Position numbers and translations under genes: made by a program
The notes under the pieces: generated by a model
Seen by the model: the letters and a program-made list of their open reading frames with translations, nothing else
What the model was told of the DNA's origin: nothing
Database searches by the model: none
Origin: Centroscyllium fabricii
Taxonomy: Eukaryota
Direction of reading: 5' to 3'
NCBI GenBank assembly: GCA_051313645.2
Contig: JBNRSN020000003.1
Span: 140,740,001-140,804,000, forward strand
DNA length: 64,000 bases
Shown: piece by piece, positions 62,301 through 64,000 of the stretch
How positions within the stretch are numbered: the stretch's first letter is position 1
Layout of the letters: each line of letters begins with the position of its first letter

Positions 62301-63953
62301 TGTGAGCGTGACGGAGCAGTAGCCGGTGACGTCCGCGGTGTGGGACTGTGAAGCAAGGGAGACTTGGTAGCGCATGGGCAGGATCTGCAGTCCGCAGCGC
62401 TGCACTGTATCAGGGTGGATAAAGCTCTCTGTGCTTCCAGTGTCGAACAGGCAATTAGTAACATGGCCGTTAATTTTGATCGGCATGATCGAGTTCGATA
62501 GGTTGTGTGGCCTAGCCTGGTCAACTTTAGGTATGGCTGAGGCCAAAGTGTGCCTTTGTGTGTGGGGGCCCCTTGCTGGTTGGGGCTGTACACAAGATGG
62601 CGGCACCCGTGGCTCGCACATGGCGGGGCGCTGGAGACAAGATGGCGGCGCCGAGGGGTCGCACATGGCGGGCCGCTGGAGACAAGATGGCGGCACCGAG
62701 GGGTCGCACATGGTGGGCCGCTGGAGACAAGATGGTGGCGCCCGTGGTTCGCACGCAGCGGGCCGCGGTGACTGGGTTGGCGGTGCCCGTGGTTCGCACG
62801 CAGCGAGCCGCGGTGGTTGGGTTGGCGGTGCCCGTGATTCGCACGCAGCGGGCCGTGCTGGGTGTGCTGCTGGCGTTGGGGGGTCGCGCATGGCTGGCCG
62901 TGGCTGAGCTTGGCGTGCTGTGGGTGCAGCCGGCCTTTGCCGCATCAGGGTGGGAGATGGGGGCGCTTTTCTTCTACCCCCGGACCGTCGCTGGATCGCG
63001 CTGCTATTGCAGCTCACCTGAGGCCTGGCGGAGCTTTCACAGGCTGCGCTGTTGTACCTGGAGTTGGGCGCTGTTGGTGCTGACCTGCAGGCCTTCACGT
63101 AGTGTCCCTTTTTGGAGCACCTCTCACAGGTCGCGGTCCTCGCTGGTCATCTTGCTCGTGGATGCAGTCCCTGACCGCAGAAGTAACACCGTTTGTCTGC
63201 CTTTGCGGCTGTCGCAGCCATCGTGGGGGTCTCGACCCGTTGTGGTGCTGCCCAGGCCTGGGCCCGTTGTGGCGTGGCCCATGCGTCGTAGACCTGCGGG
63301 TTTGTGCCGCTGTACGCCTGCAGCTTGTTACGTGCCCCTTCTACAAAGTTTGATATGGAGATCGCCTCCTCTAAGGTCAAAGAGTCTTTCTCAAGCAGCC
63401 GCTGGCGGGCTTCAACGCACCTCAGGCCTGTTACGTAGGCATCACGGACGAGGAGATTCGCCTCTTCCACTGCTGTCCGTGCTTGGCAGCCACAGACCCA
63501 TACCAGGGCTTGGAGTGCTTGTTCAAATTGTTCATTTGTCTCACCCGGCAGTTGCGGTCTGGTCGCGAGCACATGTCTGGCGTAGACCGAGTGGACCGGG
63601 CGCTCGTAGCATTTCCGCAGTTTCTCCACTGCCGCTGGGTATGTTTTGGCGTCTCGGATGAGGGAGAATACTCGGCTGGAGATCCTAGACCGGAGAACTT
63701 GCAGTTTGTTCCCGTCGGTTGTAGCCTTGGCGGCGTCCATATAGGCCTCCAGGAGACCGAACCAGTGTTCGAAAGTAGTGGCGGCGGCTGGGTCCTGTGG
63801 ACTGGTGTCCAGCTTCTCTGGCTTTACCGCACCGCTCTCCATTTCAAATTTTTCTTAGTTAATAAAATTGACGTATCGTCAATTCTCTCAATAAAAGACT
63901 TAGACGAGTAGTTACCTTAACTACGGGCTTTTATTAACTAACTTTGGAGCTAT
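59322..63953 (-). mobile_element. Ty3/Gypsy element D, sister of B (no tRNA PBS); 5' LTR interrupted
   Basis: 3' LTR 59322-59597, 5' LTR from 63869, disrupted gag-pol 59617-63842. Confidence 0.95.
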
Positions 63954-64000
63954 TGTAGCGCCGGCAGGCCTAGGAACCACACTTGAGCCAGAGCAAGAGA
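63954..64000 (-). mobile_element. End of an E-related LTR inserted into the 5' LTR of D
   Basis: tgtagcgccggcaggcctaggaaccac resembles tgtagaggcatgcaggcctgaagaaccac at 19377. Confidence 0.65.

Noticed and set aside
62558-63661. Long antisense ORFs over gag (also 17708-18559 and 17632-18312)
   Set aside because: These are shadows of GC-rich, repeat-containing coding sequence with no recognisable domain.

Overview
Repeat-dominated vertebrate DNA, very likely from a cartilaginous fish (V-SINE/HE1-like SINEs with CR1/HER1-like tails). It probably lies within the introns of a + strand host gene, of which 3-4 small candidate exons are visible. Most of the window is nested mobile DNA: CR1 LINEs, six near-full-length Ty3/Gypsy elements, a Mag-type Gypsy remnant, solo LTRs, Harbinger/PIF and Tigger-like DNA elements, Rex1 and L2 fragments, and SINEs. 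Two observations stand out. (1) Four diverged Gypsy elements have no tRNA primer-binding site; the 13-15 nt just after the 5' LTR is instead the reverse complement of each element's own LTR poly(A)-signal segment, with compensatory changes between elements, suggesting self-priming coupled to poly(A)-site masking. (2) A 3.3-kb APE-RT LINE starts with a tRNA-type A/B-box head, has no ORF1 or in-frame AUG, and has no TTTT run on its sense strand, as expected of a Pol III-transcribed coding retrotransposon; a SINE made of its two ends lies in the same window. Coordinates and counts were read by eye and family names are motif-based; no searches were run.
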